DNA of 27,945 nucleotides from a virus (Duplodnaviria; Heunggongvirae; Uroviricota; Caudoviricetes): IMG/VR virus record IMGVR_UViG_2695420817_000020; one strand, 5' to 3'. Shown piece by piece: positions 1 to 9,088 of this stretch (position 1 is its first letter; each line of letters starts with the position of its first letter). The notes under the pieces were generated by a model. It saw only the letters and a program-made list of their open reading frames with translations, ran no database searches and was not told where the DNA came from. The position numbers and the translations under genes were made by a program.

Positions 1-762
1 GGTGGCGTGGAATGTCTTGAAAGCTGGTTACTTCGTGAAAAAGGCTGCCAGTGGCCTCATTCCGACTGGCACAGCGAGAACATGACCACAATGCGACACG
101 CTCCGGGTGCAATCCGTCTGTGCTGGCACTGCGATAACCAACTGCGCGATCAGTTCACGGAACGGCTGGAATCAATGGCAACGGATAACTGTGCCCGCTG
201 GGTGTTGTCTGTTGTGCGTCGGGATCTCGGTTTTGATGACAGTCACGTTGTGACAATGCCGGAACTGTGCTGGTGGCTGATTCGTAATGATCTGGCGGAT
301 GCCTTACCGGAAAGTGCAGCCCGTAAGGCACTGAGATTACCGAAGCCTGTTGTGCCGTCTGTTACCCGGGAAAGTGACCTTGTGCCTTCGGTTCCTGCCA
401 CCAGCATCATCCAGGATAAGGCGAAAAAGGTGCTGGCGCTGAAAGTGGATCCGGAGTCGCCGGAGTCTTTTATGTTACGCCCAAAACGTCGCCGCTGGGT
501 TAATGAAAAGTACACGCGCTGGGTTAAGACACAGCCGTGTGCATGTTGTGGAAAGCCCGCTGATGATCCCCACCACCTGATAGGTCACGGTCAGGGTGGA
601 ATGGGAACAAAAGCGCATGACCTTTTTGTGTTGCCTTTGTGCAGAAAGCATCACGACGAGCTGCATGCGGATACCGTGGCATTTGAAGAGAAGTATGGCT
701 CCCAGCTGGAGCTGATATTTCGTTTTATCGATCGTGCGCTGGCAATAGGCGTACTGGCGTAA
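1..762 (+). CDS. DUF968-like prophage protein with a Cys/His HNH-like motif (YdfU-like), probably 5'-truncated by the window edge
   Basis: Frame is open to position 1. C-terminal motif CACCGKP..HH..H...C..HH. Sits immediately upstream of a Q antiterminator, as in lambdoid prophages. Confidence 0.5.
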   Translation, partial: GGVECLESWLLREKGCQWPHSDWHSENMTTMRHAPGAIRLCWHCDNQLRDQFTERLESMATDNCARWVLSVVRRDLGFDDSHVVTMPELCWWLIRNDLADALPESAARKALRLPKPVVPSVTRESDLVPSVPATSIIQDKAKKVLALKVDPESPESFMLRPKRRRWVNEKYTRWVKTQPCACCGKPADDPHHLIGHGQGGMGTKAHDLFVLPLCRKHHDELHADTVAFEEKYGSQLELIFRFIDRALAIGVLA

Positions 763-775
763 GTGGAGAACGAGC

Positions 776-1528
776 ATGAACCTTGAAGCCTTACCGAAAT
801 ATTACTCCCCGAAATCTCCAAAACTGAGCGATGACGCACCGGCGACAGGCTCTGGTGGTTTAACAATTACGGATGTGATGGCTGCGCAGGGGATGGTGCA
901 GTCGAAAGCACCGCTTGGGTTTGCCTTATTCCTGGCAAAAGTTGGTGTTCAGGATCCTCAGTTTGCGATTGAAGGTCTGCTCAATTACGCGATGGCACTG
1001 GATAATCCGACATTGAATAAATTGAGTGAAGAAACCCGGTTACAGCTCATCCCTTACCTTGTGAATTTTGCCTTTGCTGATTATTCCAGGTCTGCGGCAA
1101 GTAAGGCTCGCTGTGAGCATTGTGCTGGTACTGGATTTCATAATGTATTGCGCGAAGTGGTGAAACACTCCAGAAGCGGTGAATCTGTTATCAAGGAAGA
1201 GTGGGTGAAGGAACTATGTCAGCATTGTCATGGTAAGGGAGAAGTCAGCACAGCGTGCAGAGGGTGTAAGGGTAAAGGTATTGTCCTGGATGAAAAAAGG
1301 ACCCGGCTTCATGGCACGCCTGTTTATAAGATTTGTGGGCGTTGCAATGGAAACCGGTTTAGCCGTTTACCAACCACACTGGCGCGGCATCATGTCCAGA
1401 AGCTGGTACCAGACCTGACGGATTATCAGTGGTACAAAGGATATGCAGATGTCATTGATAAACTGGTGACAAAGTGCTGGCAGGAAGAAGCATATGCTGA
1501 GGCGCAATTAAGAAAAGTGACGAGATAA
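776..1528 (+). CDS. Late-gene antiterminator Q (250-aa QuuQ-like type)
   Basis: Several CxxC pairs (CEHCAG, CQHCHG, CRGCKG, CGRCNG) typical of zinc-binding Q proteins. GGAG upstream of the ATG. Followed by a promoter/terminator region and the lysis cassette. Confidence 0.75.
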   Translation: MNLEALPKYYSPKSPKLSDDAPATGSGGLTITDVMAAQGMVQSKAPLGFALFLAKVGVQDPQFAIEGLLNYAMALDNPTLNKLSEETRLQLIPYLVNFAFADYSRSAASKARCEHCAGTGFHNVLREVVKHSRSGESVIKEEWVKELCQHCHGKGEVSTACRGCKGKGIVLDEKRTRLHGTPVYKICGRCNGNRFSRLPTTLARHHVQKLVPDLTDYQWYKGYADVIDKLVTKCWQEEAYAEAQLRKVTR

Positions 1529-1559
1529 ATGATTTTCGCCGAAGATAGCGACATGATTC

Positions 1560-1597
1560 TTGCATTTTTCAAAAAATCTGGTTAGGATTTTCCTAAC
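1560..1597 (+). promoter_or_regulatory. Candidate late promoter (PR'-like) with an overlapping palindrome GTTAGGAtttTCCTAAC
   Basis: TTGCAT (1560-1565), 17-nt spacer, TAGGAT (1583-1588). Perfect 7-bp inverted repeat at 1581-1597. Location just 3' of Q matches lambdoid PR'/qut placement. Confidence 0.3.
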
Positions 1598-1638
1598 GAT
1601 GGGCTTTGTATGTCTGCCGTTAACGAAATCATAACAAA

Positions 1639-1659
1639 CCTCGCTTCGGCGGGGTTTTT
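1639..1659 (+). terminator. Rho-independent terminator (tR'-like), implying a short leader transcript
   Basis: Stem CCTCGC / GCGGGG (one G-U pair) with TTCG loop, followed by TTTTT. Confidence 0.55.
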
Positions 1660-1678
1660 GCTTTTCTGGAGGTCAATA

Positions 1679-1936
1679 ATGCAGGGCGAAAAGCAGCAGC
1701 CATATTTTTTTAACCCTGGTATGACTGTTGAACAGCTTGAAGACTGGCTGGAGCAGCAAAAGCTTCATCTAAGCCGCTATAACCGTCTGGTAAAAGAAAA
1801 AGCAGAGCTTGAAGAACGGCTCAGTGATATTTCTGTGGAAATTGAACGAATGTCTGCTGGTGGTTTTAACGGAAAGTTGAGTTTCCCCTGGGAGTCAAGT
1901 TCGCTTCTGAGAAATCATCAACAGGGTAGTGTTTGA
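1679..1936 (+). CDS. Hypothetical 85-aa coiled-coil protein in the Q-to-holin cargo slot
   Basis: GGAGG 6 nt upstream of ATG 1679. The tracked ORF start at 1610 would span the terminator hairpin, so the internal start is preferred. No recognisable domain. Confidence 0.45.
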   Translation: MQGEKQQPYFFNPGMTVEQLEDWLEQQKLHLSRYNRLVKEKAELEERLSDISVEIERMSAGGFNGKLSFPWESSSLLRNHQQGSV

Positions 1937-2015
1937 CTGAAATAATAAACAGACTGTCATTAAGATCCCTTCCCCTCATATCTGAGAGGACCAACAGCAA
2001 TTAAGAGGGGGCTAA

Positions 2016-2402
2016 ATGTCCGATCCGATTTCCGGTACTGGGCTGGCTGGTGGTGCCCTGACGGGTGCCAGTGTTTATGGACTGCTGACCGGAACTGATT
2101 ACGGCGTTGTATTTGGCGCATTTGCAGGGGCTGTATTCTACATAGCAACAGCAGCAGATCTGAGTGCATCGCGCCGACTGGCATATTTTATCGTGTCATA
2201 TATTGCCGGGATTCTTTGCTCTGGGTTGGTTGGCTCCAAGCTGGCGAACTTGACCGGATACAGTGATAAACCTCTGGATGCTATTGGTGCCGTAATCGTC
2301 TCTGCTTTAGCCGTTAAAATCCTGACGTTCCTGAATAATCAGGATATCGGCTCGCTGGTGGCGCTCATAACGCGCCGGGGAGGTTCGGGTGGAGCTAAAT
2401 GA
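2016..2402 (+). CDS. Putative phage holin
   Basis: 128 aa, Gly/Ala-rich hydrophobic segments, charged C-terminus. RBS AGAGGGGG upstream. First gene of the lysis cassette, directly upstream of the endolysin. Confidence 0.65.
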   Translation: MSDPISGTGLAGGALTGASVYGLLTGTDYGVVFGAFAGAVFYIATAADLSASRRLAYFIVSYIAGILCSGLVGSKLANLTGYSDKPLDAIGAVIVSALAVKILTFLNNQDIGSLVALITRRGGSGGAK

Positions 2403-2670
2403 CCCGACAGCAACTATAAATGCGCTGTTATGTGCTTGTGTTGTTATTACTCTGATGTTTTATCGTCGTGGTGATTCGCGGCATCGTCCTTGGGTTTCAC
2501 GTTTAGCCTGGCTGATTACTGTTACATACAGTGCTGTTCCGTTGGCCTATCTCTGTGGGATTTATCCCCATTCCTCATGGCCCATTATCGTGGCGAACAC
2601 TATTTTTCTTTCCGTGCTGGTGGCCGTCAGAGGCAACGTTGCACGTCTGGTTGATCATCTGAGGCACTAA
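2389..2670 (+). CDS. Putative second holin-like lysis membrane protein
   Basis: 93 aa with about three hydrophobic helices. GTG start preceded by GGGGAGG. Overlaps the holin stop and ends at the endolysin start (translational coupling). Confidence 0.5.
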   Translation: MELNDPTATINALLCACVVITLMFYRRGDSRHRPWVSRLAWLITVTYSAVPLAYLCGIYPHSSWPIIVANTIFLSVLVAVRGNVARLVDHLRH

Positions 2671-3284
2671 TGAACCAACAATTATTTCAAAAGGCGGCTG
2701 GTATTAGCGCCGGGCTGGCTGCGCGCTGGTTTCCGCACATTGATGCGGCGATGAAGGAATTCGGCATTACAGCACCAGCGGATCAGGCGATGTTTATCGC
2801 TCAGGTAGGCCATGAGTCGATGGGGTTTCGCGCCTTAGTTGAAAATTTTAACTACACACCATCTGCGCTGGTGGCGACGTTCGGAAAGAGGATCACACAG
2901 CAGCAGGCTGATGCCCTTGGCAGAACATCCGGACATGCAGCTCGTCAGGATGCTATTGCCAATCTGGTGTATAGCAACCGGCTGGGTAACAAAGCACCCG
3001 GTGATGGCTGGAAATATCGCGGTAGAGGATTAATTCAAATCACTGGCCTCCATAATTATCGCATCTGTGGCGCGGCGCTGAAGTTAGATCTGGTGACTTC
3101 ACCTGAACAACTGGAGCAGGAGCTACAGGCCGCGCGCTCAGCTGCATGGTTCTACACATCTAAAGGCTGCATGGTCTACGGTGCCGATATTACTCGTGTT
3201 ACGCGCATCATTAACGGCGGTCTGAACGGTATTGAGGATCGTAAGATTCGATACAACAAGGCGCGGGCGGCGCTGCTGGTATGA
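2670..3284 (+). CDS. Endolysin, glycoside hydrolase family 19 (chitinase-like lysozyme)
   Basis: 204 aa. The stretch QVGHESMGF...[11 protein letters not shown]...INGG resembles GH19 phage endolysins. Sits between holin and Rz. Confidence 0.8.
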   Translation: MNQQLFQKAAGISAGLAARWFPHIDAAMKEFGITAPADQAMFIAQVGHESMGFRALVENFNYTPSALVATFGKRITQQQADALGRTSGHAARQDAIANLVYSNRLGNKAPGDGWKYRGRGLIQITGLHNYRICGAALKLDLVTSPEQLEQELQAARSAAWFYTSKGCMVYGADITRVTRIINGGLNGIEDRKIRYNKARAALLV

Positions 3285-3742
3285 AGATGAGTTATTGGGC
3301 GCTCATTTTAACGTTTATTGCTTGTATTGCTGGTGGTCTTGTCTGGTCAGCGAATCATTACCACAATAAAGCCATTGAATACAAAAAACAGCGCGACGAA
3401 AACGCTATGGCATTAGATTCGGCTATGGCGACTATCTCTGATATGCAGAAGCGTCAACGTGACGTAGCAGAACTTGACGCCAGATACACAAAGGAGCTTG
3501 CTGATGCTAACGCGACTATCGAAAGTCTCCGTGCTGATGTTTCTTCTGGGCGTAAGCGCCTGCAAGTCGCCGCCACCTGTGCAAAATCAACGACCAGAGC
3601 CAGCGGCATGGGCGATGGAGAAAGCCCAGGACTTACAGCAGATGCTGAACTCAATTATTACCGTCTCCGAAGTGGAATCGACAGGATAACCGCACAGGTT
3701 AACTACCTGCAGGAGTACATCAGGACGCAATGCCTTCGATGA
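3281..3742 (+). CDS. Rz-like i-spanin
   Basis: N-terminal transmembrane helix ([18 protein letters not shown]) followed by a coiled-coil periplasmic domain. Immediately follows the endolysin and contains an embedded +1-frame lipoprotein gene. Confidence 0.75.
   Translation: MKMSYWALILTFIACIAGGLVWSANHYHNKAIEYKKQRDENAMALDSAMATISDMQKRQRDVAELDARYTKELADANATIESLRADVSSGRKRLQVAATCAKSTTRASGMGDGESPGLTADAELNYYRLRSGIDRITAQVNYLQEYIRTQCLR
3504..3689 (+). CDS. Rz1-like o-spanin lipoprotein, embedded in the +1 frame of Rz
   Basis: AAGGAG RBS 7 nt upstream of ATG 3504. Lipobox LLGVSAC followed by a Pro-rich stretch ([13 protein letters not shown]). Lies entirely within Rz. Confidence 0.7.
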   Translation: MLTRLSKVSVLMFLLGVSACKSPPPVQNQRPEPAAWAMEKAQDLQQMLNSIITVSEVESTG

Positions 3743-4009
3743 TAGCGATAATTTTACTCATCATCCTTCACATCAGGCCCTGTAGACAGAGTGGTGATTA
3801 CTTCTGGAGTGGATTCAGATTAAACATCTCATTGCTAATGTTTGAGGTTAAGCATCTGGCGCGCGGTAAGTGGTTGCGTTGAAATAAGAGCCAGTCCATT
3901 ACAAATTTCATCAAGCGTCATTGGTAAGGGTGATAATTATGAGATACCTCTTCACTAAGAGTAATCTTAAGGGTAATGTGTAACCTCACTTTTTAATACG
4001 GAGGTTGTA

Positions 4010-4234
4010 ATGTTAGAGAATTATTTCCCTTCAGGAATAGGTGCTCAGCCTGTAACTCAAGCTCAAAAACAGAGGGTTATAGCTGTTCAAGCTGCCCTTG
4101 AATTAGTTAAGGCCTCACTTTCTTCTGCAGGTGGTCAGGCTACAAGTGCAAAATTTGAACAGGAATTAAAAGCAGCTATTGGCTTAATTGAACCATTAGC
4201 CGATGCCATTCAGAAAGCAATCAGCAAAGAATAA
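4010..4234 (+). CDS. Hypothetical 74-aa helical protein (moron candidate), no signal peptide
   Basis: RBS GGAGG 6 nt upstream. Flanked by A+T-rich non-coding DNA with a strong terminator downstream. No recognisable domain. Confidence 0.5.
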   Translation: MLENYFPSGIGAQPVTQAQKQRVIAVQAALELVKASLSSAGGQATSAKFEQELKAAIGLIEPLADAIQKAISKE

Positions 4235-4340
4235 ATAAACCACCTGCATTTTGTTTTATTTCCCAACTAACGGGTGTAATAATCTTAATGTTTCCCGTGG
4301 ATAGATAAGACAATAAGTATTCACCTTCAAGATATAAACG

Positions 4341-4365
4341 AGCCTCGCTAATGCGAGGCTTTTTT
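4341..4365 (+). terminator. Rho-independent terminator
   Basis: AGCCTCGC - TAAT - GCGAGGCT stem-loop followed by TTTTTT. Confidence 0.6.
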
Positions 4366-4400
4366 ACGCATTGTAAGCGTGCACCAAAGAGGGGATATAA

Positions 4401-4751
4401 ATGCCACCACGAACCCCAAAAGCCTGCCGTTTTCGCGGTTGCCGCAATACCACGACTGATCCGTCAGGCTATTGCGAAAGCCACAAAAGCGAGGGCTGGA
4501 AGCAATACAAGCCAGGACAATCCCGTCATCAGCGCGGTTATGGTTCGAAGTGGGACAGTATCCGCGCGGGTGTCCTGAAGCGTGACAAAGGCCTGTGTCA
4601 GTTATGTCTGCGTGCTGGTGTGGTGCGTGAGGCGAAAACCGTTGACCACATCATCCCTAAAGCGCATGGCGGCACTGATGCCGACTGTAATCTGCAGAGT
4701 CTGTGCTGGCCGTGTCATAAGGCGAAGACGGCCCGTGAACGACTTAAGTGA
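4401..4751 (+). CDS. Phage HNH endonuclease (terminase-associated)
   Basis: 116 aa. CxxC...DHIIPKAHGG...N...CWPCH zinc-finger HNH motif. Directly upstream of the cos-candidate region and small terminase, as in HK97-like phages. Confidence 0.85.
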   Translation: MPPRTPKACRFRGCRNTTTDPSGYCESHKSEGWKQYKPGQSRHQRGYGSKWDSIRAGVLKRDKGLCQLCLRAGVVREAKTVDHIIPKAHGGTDADCNLQSLCWPCHKAKTARERLK

Positions 4752-4777
4752 TAATAATTCTCAACTGTCTGAGGGGA

Positions 4778-4837
4778 GGGGCGGGTCAAATCTCTGTGAC
4801 CTGACGTCTTCCGGACTGCCCGCCCCATCGTTTTTTT
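4778..4837. other. G+C-rich inverted repeat (GGGGCGGG ... CCCGCCCC) plus T7 run; candidate cos-site or terminator region
   Basis: 8-bp perfect inverted repeat at 4778-4785 / 4819-4826, then T-run 4831-4837. Position between HNH and small terminase matches cos placement in HK97-like phages (inference). Confidence 0.3.
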
Positions 4838-4876
4838 ATACCCGCGAAAAATGAAATTTAACCAGGAGTGCCGCAT

Positions 4877-5362
4877 ATGGCTGGAACGGCGGGGCGTTCC
4901 GGGCGTCGCCCCAAGCCAACGGCGCGCAAGGCGCTGGCCGGAAACCCCGGCAAGCGAGCCCTGAATAAAGATGAACCTGTTTTTACGCCCATCAAAGGTG
5001 TTGAGCCACCGGAGTGGTTCGCAGAAGAAAATCTCCCTCTCGCCACGATCATGTGGCAACTGACAACCAAAGAACTCTGCGGTCAGGGCCTGCTGTGCGT
5101 GACTGACCTCGCGGTGCTTGAGCGGTGGTGCGTAGCCTATGAGTTCTGGCGACGTGCCGTGAAAAATATTGCCAGCCAGGGCAACACCATCACCGGTGCA
5201 ATGGGCGGCAGGGTCAAAAATCCGGAGCTGACCGCCAAGAAAGAACAGGAGTCCGAGATGAGCAGCACGGGGGCAATGCTCGGACTCGACCCCAGCAGCC
5301 GCCAGCGTCTGATTGGCCTGGCGGGGAAGAAGAAAGCCACTAACCCGTTTCTGACAATCTGA
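4877..5362 (+). CDS. Terminase small subunit (P27-like family)
   Basis: AGGAG 8 nt upstream of ATG 4877. Basic N-terminus (GRSGRRPKP). Directly upstream of the large terminase. Confidence 0.75.
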   Translation: MAGTAGRSGRRPKPTARKALAGNPGKRALNKDEPVFTPIKGVEPPEWFAEENLPLATIMWQLTTKELCGQGLLCVTDLAVLERWCVAYEFWRRAVKNIASQGNTITGAMGGRVKNPELTAKKEQESEMSSTGAMLGLDPSSRQRLIGLAGKKKATNPFLTI

Positions 5363-5375
5363 AAATCATCGAATC

Positions 5376-7109
5376 ATGAGCCGGAAATCTTACCCCAACG
5401 TAAATGCTGCCAATCAGTATGCCCGTGATGTCGTGCGCGGAAAGATTGTGGCCTGCCAGTTTGTGATTCAGGCCTGCCAGCGCCATCTTGATGACCTGAT
5501 GGCGGAAAAAAGTAAGTCGTTTCGTTACCGCTTCGACAAGGACCTGGCTGAACGGGCCGCCAAATTTATTCAGCTGTTGCCGCACACCAAGGGTGAGTGG
5601 GCATTCAAGAGGATGCCCATCACGCTGGAGCCGTGGCAGCTCTTTGTGATCTGCTGCGCGTTTGGCTGGGTCAATAAAGGCTCCCGGCTGCGCCGCTTCC
5701 GGGAGGTGTATACCGAAATCCCCCGTAAGAACGGCAAATCGGCAATCTCTGCCGGTGTCGCCCTGTATTGTTTTGCCTGTGATAACGAGTTCGGCGCGGA
5801 AGTGTATTCCGGTGCCACGACGGAGAAACAGGCATGGGAAGTCTTTCGTCCGGCACGACTGATGTGTAAACGCACACCCATGCTGACGGAAGCGTTCGGG
5901 ATTGAGGTTAACGCCTCAAACATGAACCGTCCGGAGGATGGTGCGCGGTTTGAACCGCTGATCGGTAACCCCGGTGATGGTTCATCACCCCACTGTGCCG
6001 TGGTGGATGAATATCACGAGCACGCCACAGATGCGCTTTACACCACGATGCTTACCGGGATGGGGGCGCGACGCCAGCCACTGATGTGGGCCATTACCAC
6101 CGCCGGGTACAACATTGAGGGGCCGTGCTACGACAAACGGCGGGAAGTCATCGAGATGCTCAACGGCTCGGTGCCCAACGATGAACTGTTCGGGATCATC
6201 TATACCGTTGACGAAGGCGACGACTGGACCGACCCGCAGGTACTTGAAAAAGCTAACCCGAATATCGGTGTGTCGGTTTATCGCGAGTTTTTGTTAAGCC
6301 AGCAGCAACGTGCGAAAAATAACGCCCGTCTGGCAAACGTCTTTAAAACAAAACACCTCAATATCTGGGTGTCGGCGCGTTCGGCGTATTTCAACCTGGT
6401 GAGCTGGCAGAGCTGCGAGGATAAATCACTGACTCTTGAGCAGTTCGAGGGGCAGCCGTGCATTCTGGCCTTTGACCTGGCGCGTAAGCTGGATATGAAC
6501 AGCATGGCGCGACTTTATACCCGCGAGATTGACGGTAAAACGCATTACTACAGTGTGGCCCCGCGTTTCTGGGTACCGTATGACACGGTGTACAGCGTCG
6601 AGAAAAATGAAGATCGCCGGACAGCCGAACGCTTTCAGAAATGGGTGGAAATGGGCGTTCTGACCGTTACCGATGGTGCAGAGGTGGATTATCGCTACAT
6701 CCTCGAAGAGGCCAAAGCGGCGAACAAAATCAGCCCGGTCAGTGAGTCACCCATCGACCCTTTCGGGGCGACCGGGCTGTCACATGACCTTGCTGATGAA
6801 GACCTGAATCCCGTTACTATCGTCCAGAACTTCGCCAATATGTCCGACCCGATGAAAGAGCTGGAAGCAGCGATTGAATCGGGGCGCTTTCATCATGACG
6901 GCAATCCCATCATGACCTGGTGTATCGGCAATGTGGTCGGCAAAAACATGCCTGGTAACGATGATTTAGTGAAGCCCGTCAAGGAGCAGGCGGAAAACAA
7001 AATCGATGGTGCGGTTGCACTGATTATGACGATCGGTCGGGCAATGCTCAAAGAACCTGACGATTTCCTCTCATCTCTTGATCCGGACGATGATCTCTTA
7101 ATTCTATGA
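5376..7109 (+). CDS. Terminase large subunit
   Basis: 577 aa. Walker-A-like PRKNGKS, acidic nuclease-domain motifs. Followed by portal, protease and capsid. Confidence 0.9.
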   Translation: MSRKSYPNVNAANQYARDVVRGKIVACQFVIQACQRHLDDLMAEKSKSFRYRFDKDLAERAAKFIQLLPHTKGEWAFKRMPITLEPWQLFVICCAFGWVNKGSRLRRFREVYTEIPRKNGKSAISAGVALYCFACDNEFGAEVYSGATTEKQAWEVFRPARLMCKRTPMLTEAFGIEVNASNMNRPEDGARFEPLIGNPGDGSSPHCAVVDEYHEHATDALYTTMLTGMGARRQPLMWAITTAGYNIEGPCYDKRREVIEMLNGSVPNDELFGIIYTVDEGDDWTDPQVLEKANPNIGVSVYREFLLSQQQRAKNNARLANVFKTKHLNIWVSARSAYFNLVSWQSCEDKSLTLEQFEGQPCILAFDLARKLDMNSMARLYTREIDGKTHYYSVAPRFWVPYDTVYSVEKNEDRRTAERFQKWVEMGVLTVTDGAEVDYRYILEEAKAANKISPVSESPIDPFGATGLSHDLADEDLNPVTIVQNFANMSDPMKELEAAIESGRFHHDGNPIMTWCIGNVVGKNMPGNDDLVKPVKEQAENKIDGAVALIMTIGRAMLKEPDDFLSSLDPDDDLLIL

Positions 7110-7267
7110 AATCACTAATTGCTGATGTTATCGGGCTGGCTGGTTTTGGCCTGCTTACGTGCGGGGTTTACCTGCAGTTTGGTATGGCTCCGGCTCTGAT
7201 TTTGTCCGGTGCTTTACTGCTGGTGGGCGCACTGGCTATGGCCAGAAGGGGGACGCGTGCTGCTTGA
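7106..7267 (+). CDS. Possible small membrane protein (53 aa, two hydrophobic helices)
   Basis: ATG overlaps the large-terminase stop (ATGA). Product [49 protein letters not shown]... Below the ORF-track length cutoff; may be non-coding. Confidence 0.3.
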   Translation: MKSLIADVIGLAGFGLLTCGVYLQFGMAPALILSGALLLVGALAMARRGTRAA

Positions 7268-8483
7268 TGCTCTGTTCAGAAGTAAATCACTGGAGAATCC
7301 TTCCACCCCGATAACCGGTGATGCCGTTGATACTGATGGGCTGTTCCGGGCAGACGTTTATGTCAGTCCTGAGACTGCGATGAAACTGGCTGCGGTGTAT
7401 TCCTGTATCTATGTCCTGTCTTCCAGCCTTGCCCAGATGCCGTTGCATGTTATGCGCAGGCACAAGGGGAAGGTTGAACCCGCACGCGATCATCCGGCGT
7501 TTTATCTGGTTCATGATGAGCCCAATACCTGGCAAACCAGCTACAAATGGCGCGAACTGAAGCAACGTCACATCCTTGGCTGGGGGAATGGGTATACCTG
7601 GGTGAAACGTAATCGTCGCGGTGAAGTCATATCCCTGGATTGCTGTATGCCGTGGGAAACGACGCTGATGAATACTGGTGGCCGATATACCTACGGTTTG
7701 TACAACGAATATGGGGCGTTTGCGATCAGTCCGGACGATATGATCCACATCCGTGCGCTGGGTAATAATCAGAAGATGGGGCTGAGTCCGATTATGCAAC
7801 ATGCCGAAACAATAGGCATGGGGATGAGCGGTCAGAAGTACACAGAAAGCTTCTTCAGCGGTAATGCCCGTCCGGCGGGGATAGTATCCGTTAAAAGCGG
7901 ACTCAATAAGGAAAGCTGGGGCTGGCTTAAAGATCAGTGGCAGAAGGCATCGCAGGCGTTACGCCGCCAGGAAAACAAAACCATGCTGCTGCCAGCCGAT
8001 CTGGATTACAAGGCACTGACTGTGTCGCCAGTTGACGCTCAGATCATTGACATGATGAAGCTGAACCGTTCAATGATCGCCGGTATTTTCAATATTCCTG
8101 CGCACATGATTAATGACCTCGAAAAAGCCACCTTCTCCAATATTTCTGCGCAGGCGATTCAGTTTGTCCGCTACACGATGATGCCGTGGGTGACGAACTG
8201 GGAGCAGGAGCTTAACCGTCGCTTGTTTACCCGCGCTGAGTTAGCCGCCGGGTATTACGTCAGGTTCAATCTGACGGGGCTTTTACGCGGAACTCCGCAG
8301 GAGCGCGCGCAATTCTATCACTTCGCTATTACCGATGGATGGATGAGCCGTAATGAGGCCCGCGCATTCGAGGATATGAATCCGGTTGAAGGGCTGGATG
8401 AGATGCTGGTAAGCGTGAATGCTGCTAACCCGGCAGGAGATTTTAAGCCCCCAAAAAATGATGAGGGAAAAACCAATGAATGA
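7257..8483 (+). CDS. Portal protein (HK97-family); start uncertain, alternative GTG at 7209
   Basis: About 410-424 aa ORF between terminase and prohead protease. GTG 7257 is preceded by AAGGGGGA. Confidence 0.85.
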   Translation: MLLDALFRSKSLENPSTPITGDAVDTDGLFRADVYVSPETAMKLAAVYSCIYVLSSSLAQMPLHVMRRHKGKVEPARDHPAFYLVHDEPNTWQTSYKWRELKQRHILGWGNGYTWVKRNRRGEVISLDCCMPWETTLMNTGGRYTYGLYNEYGAFAISPDDMIHIRALGNNQKMGLSPIMQHAETIGMGMSGQKYTESFFSGNARPAGIVSVKSGLNKESWGWLKDQWQKASQALRRQENKTMLLPADLDYKALTVSPVDAQIIDMMKLNRSMIAGIFNIPAHMINDLEKATFSNISAQAIQFVRYTMMPWVTNWEQELNRRLFTRAELAAGYYVRFNLTGLLRGTPQERAQFYHFAITDGWMSRNEARAFEDMNPVEGLDEMLVSVNAANPAGDFKPPKNDEGKTNE

Positions 8484-9078
8484 CCGTGAAATCCGTTGTT
8501 ACAGCGGTGAGGTGCGTGCTGAGAGGCATGACGATAACCCGGCGCACATTATCGGTTATGGATCGGTGTTTGACTGTCGTTCTGAGCTGATATTCGGTTC
8601 ATTCCGCGAAATCATCCGGCCCGGCGCTTTTGACGATGTGCTTGGTGATGATGTACGCGCACTGTTTAATCACGATCCTAATTTTATTCTTGGGCGTAGT
8701 GCAGCAGGCACGCTGAATCTTTCAGTTGATGAGCGCGGATTACGCTATGACATCCAGGCTCCGGAGACACAGACCATTCGTGATCTGGTGCTGGCCCCGA
8801 TGCAACGTGGAGATATTAACCAGTCATCTTTCGCTTTCCGTGTCGCCCGTGACGGTGAGGAGTGGTATCAGGATGAGGATGGGGTTGTTATTCGCGAGAT
8901 AACCCGCTTTTCCCGTCTGCTGGATGTCAGTCCTGTGACATATCCTGCCTATCAGGAGGCTGACTCGGCTGTTCGCTCCATGAAAGCATGGCAGGAGGCG
9001 CGCAACAGCGGCGCGCTACAGAAAGCCATTAATCAACGTATGGCGCGTGAACGCGTCCTGACCCTTCTTAACGCGTAA
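8476..9078 (+). CDS. Prohead maturation protease (HK97 family)
   Basis: ATG 8476 with GAGGG upstream, overlapping the portal stop. About 200 aa, lying between portal and major capsid. Confidence 0.85.
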   Translation: MNDREIRCYSGEVRAERHDDNPAHIIGYGSVFDCRSELIFGSFREIIRPGAFDDVLGDDVRALFNHDPNFILGRSAAGTLNLSVDERGLRYDIQAPETQTIRDLVLAPMQRGDINQSSFAFRVARDGEEWYQDEDGVVIREITRFSRLLDVSPVTYPAYQEADSAVRSMKAWQEARNSGALQKAINQRMARERVLTLLNA

Positions 9079-9088
9079 AGGAAACATC

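Noticed and set aside
243-777. Minus-strand ORFs 243..515 and 475..777 (90-100 aa) antisense to the DUF968-like gene
   Set aside because: Fully embedded antisense in a coding gene, no RBS, and low-complexity products. Typical shadow ORFs.
1610-1678. Upstream extension of the 85-aa ORF (tracked start at 1610)
   Set aside because: The extension would translate through the terminator hairpin and lacks an RBS. The internal ATG at 1679 has GGAGG at ideal spacing.
4351-4578. 75-aa ORF 4351..4578 (+) overlapping the HNH gene in another frame
   Set aside because: Starts inside the terminator hairpin, overlaps a well-supported HNH gene, and has an Arg/Ala-rich product typical of off-frame G+C-rich sequence.
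4582-5070. ORFs 4582..4854 (+), 4715..5059 (-) and 4858..5070 (-) around the cos candidate and small terminase
   Set aside because: They overlap the HNH and small-terminase genes or span the non-coding hairpin region, with no RBS. Judged spurious.
7287-7802. 171-aa minus-strand ORF inside the portal gene
   Set aside because: Antisense to a conserved structural gene in an all-plus-strand late operon, with no independent signals.
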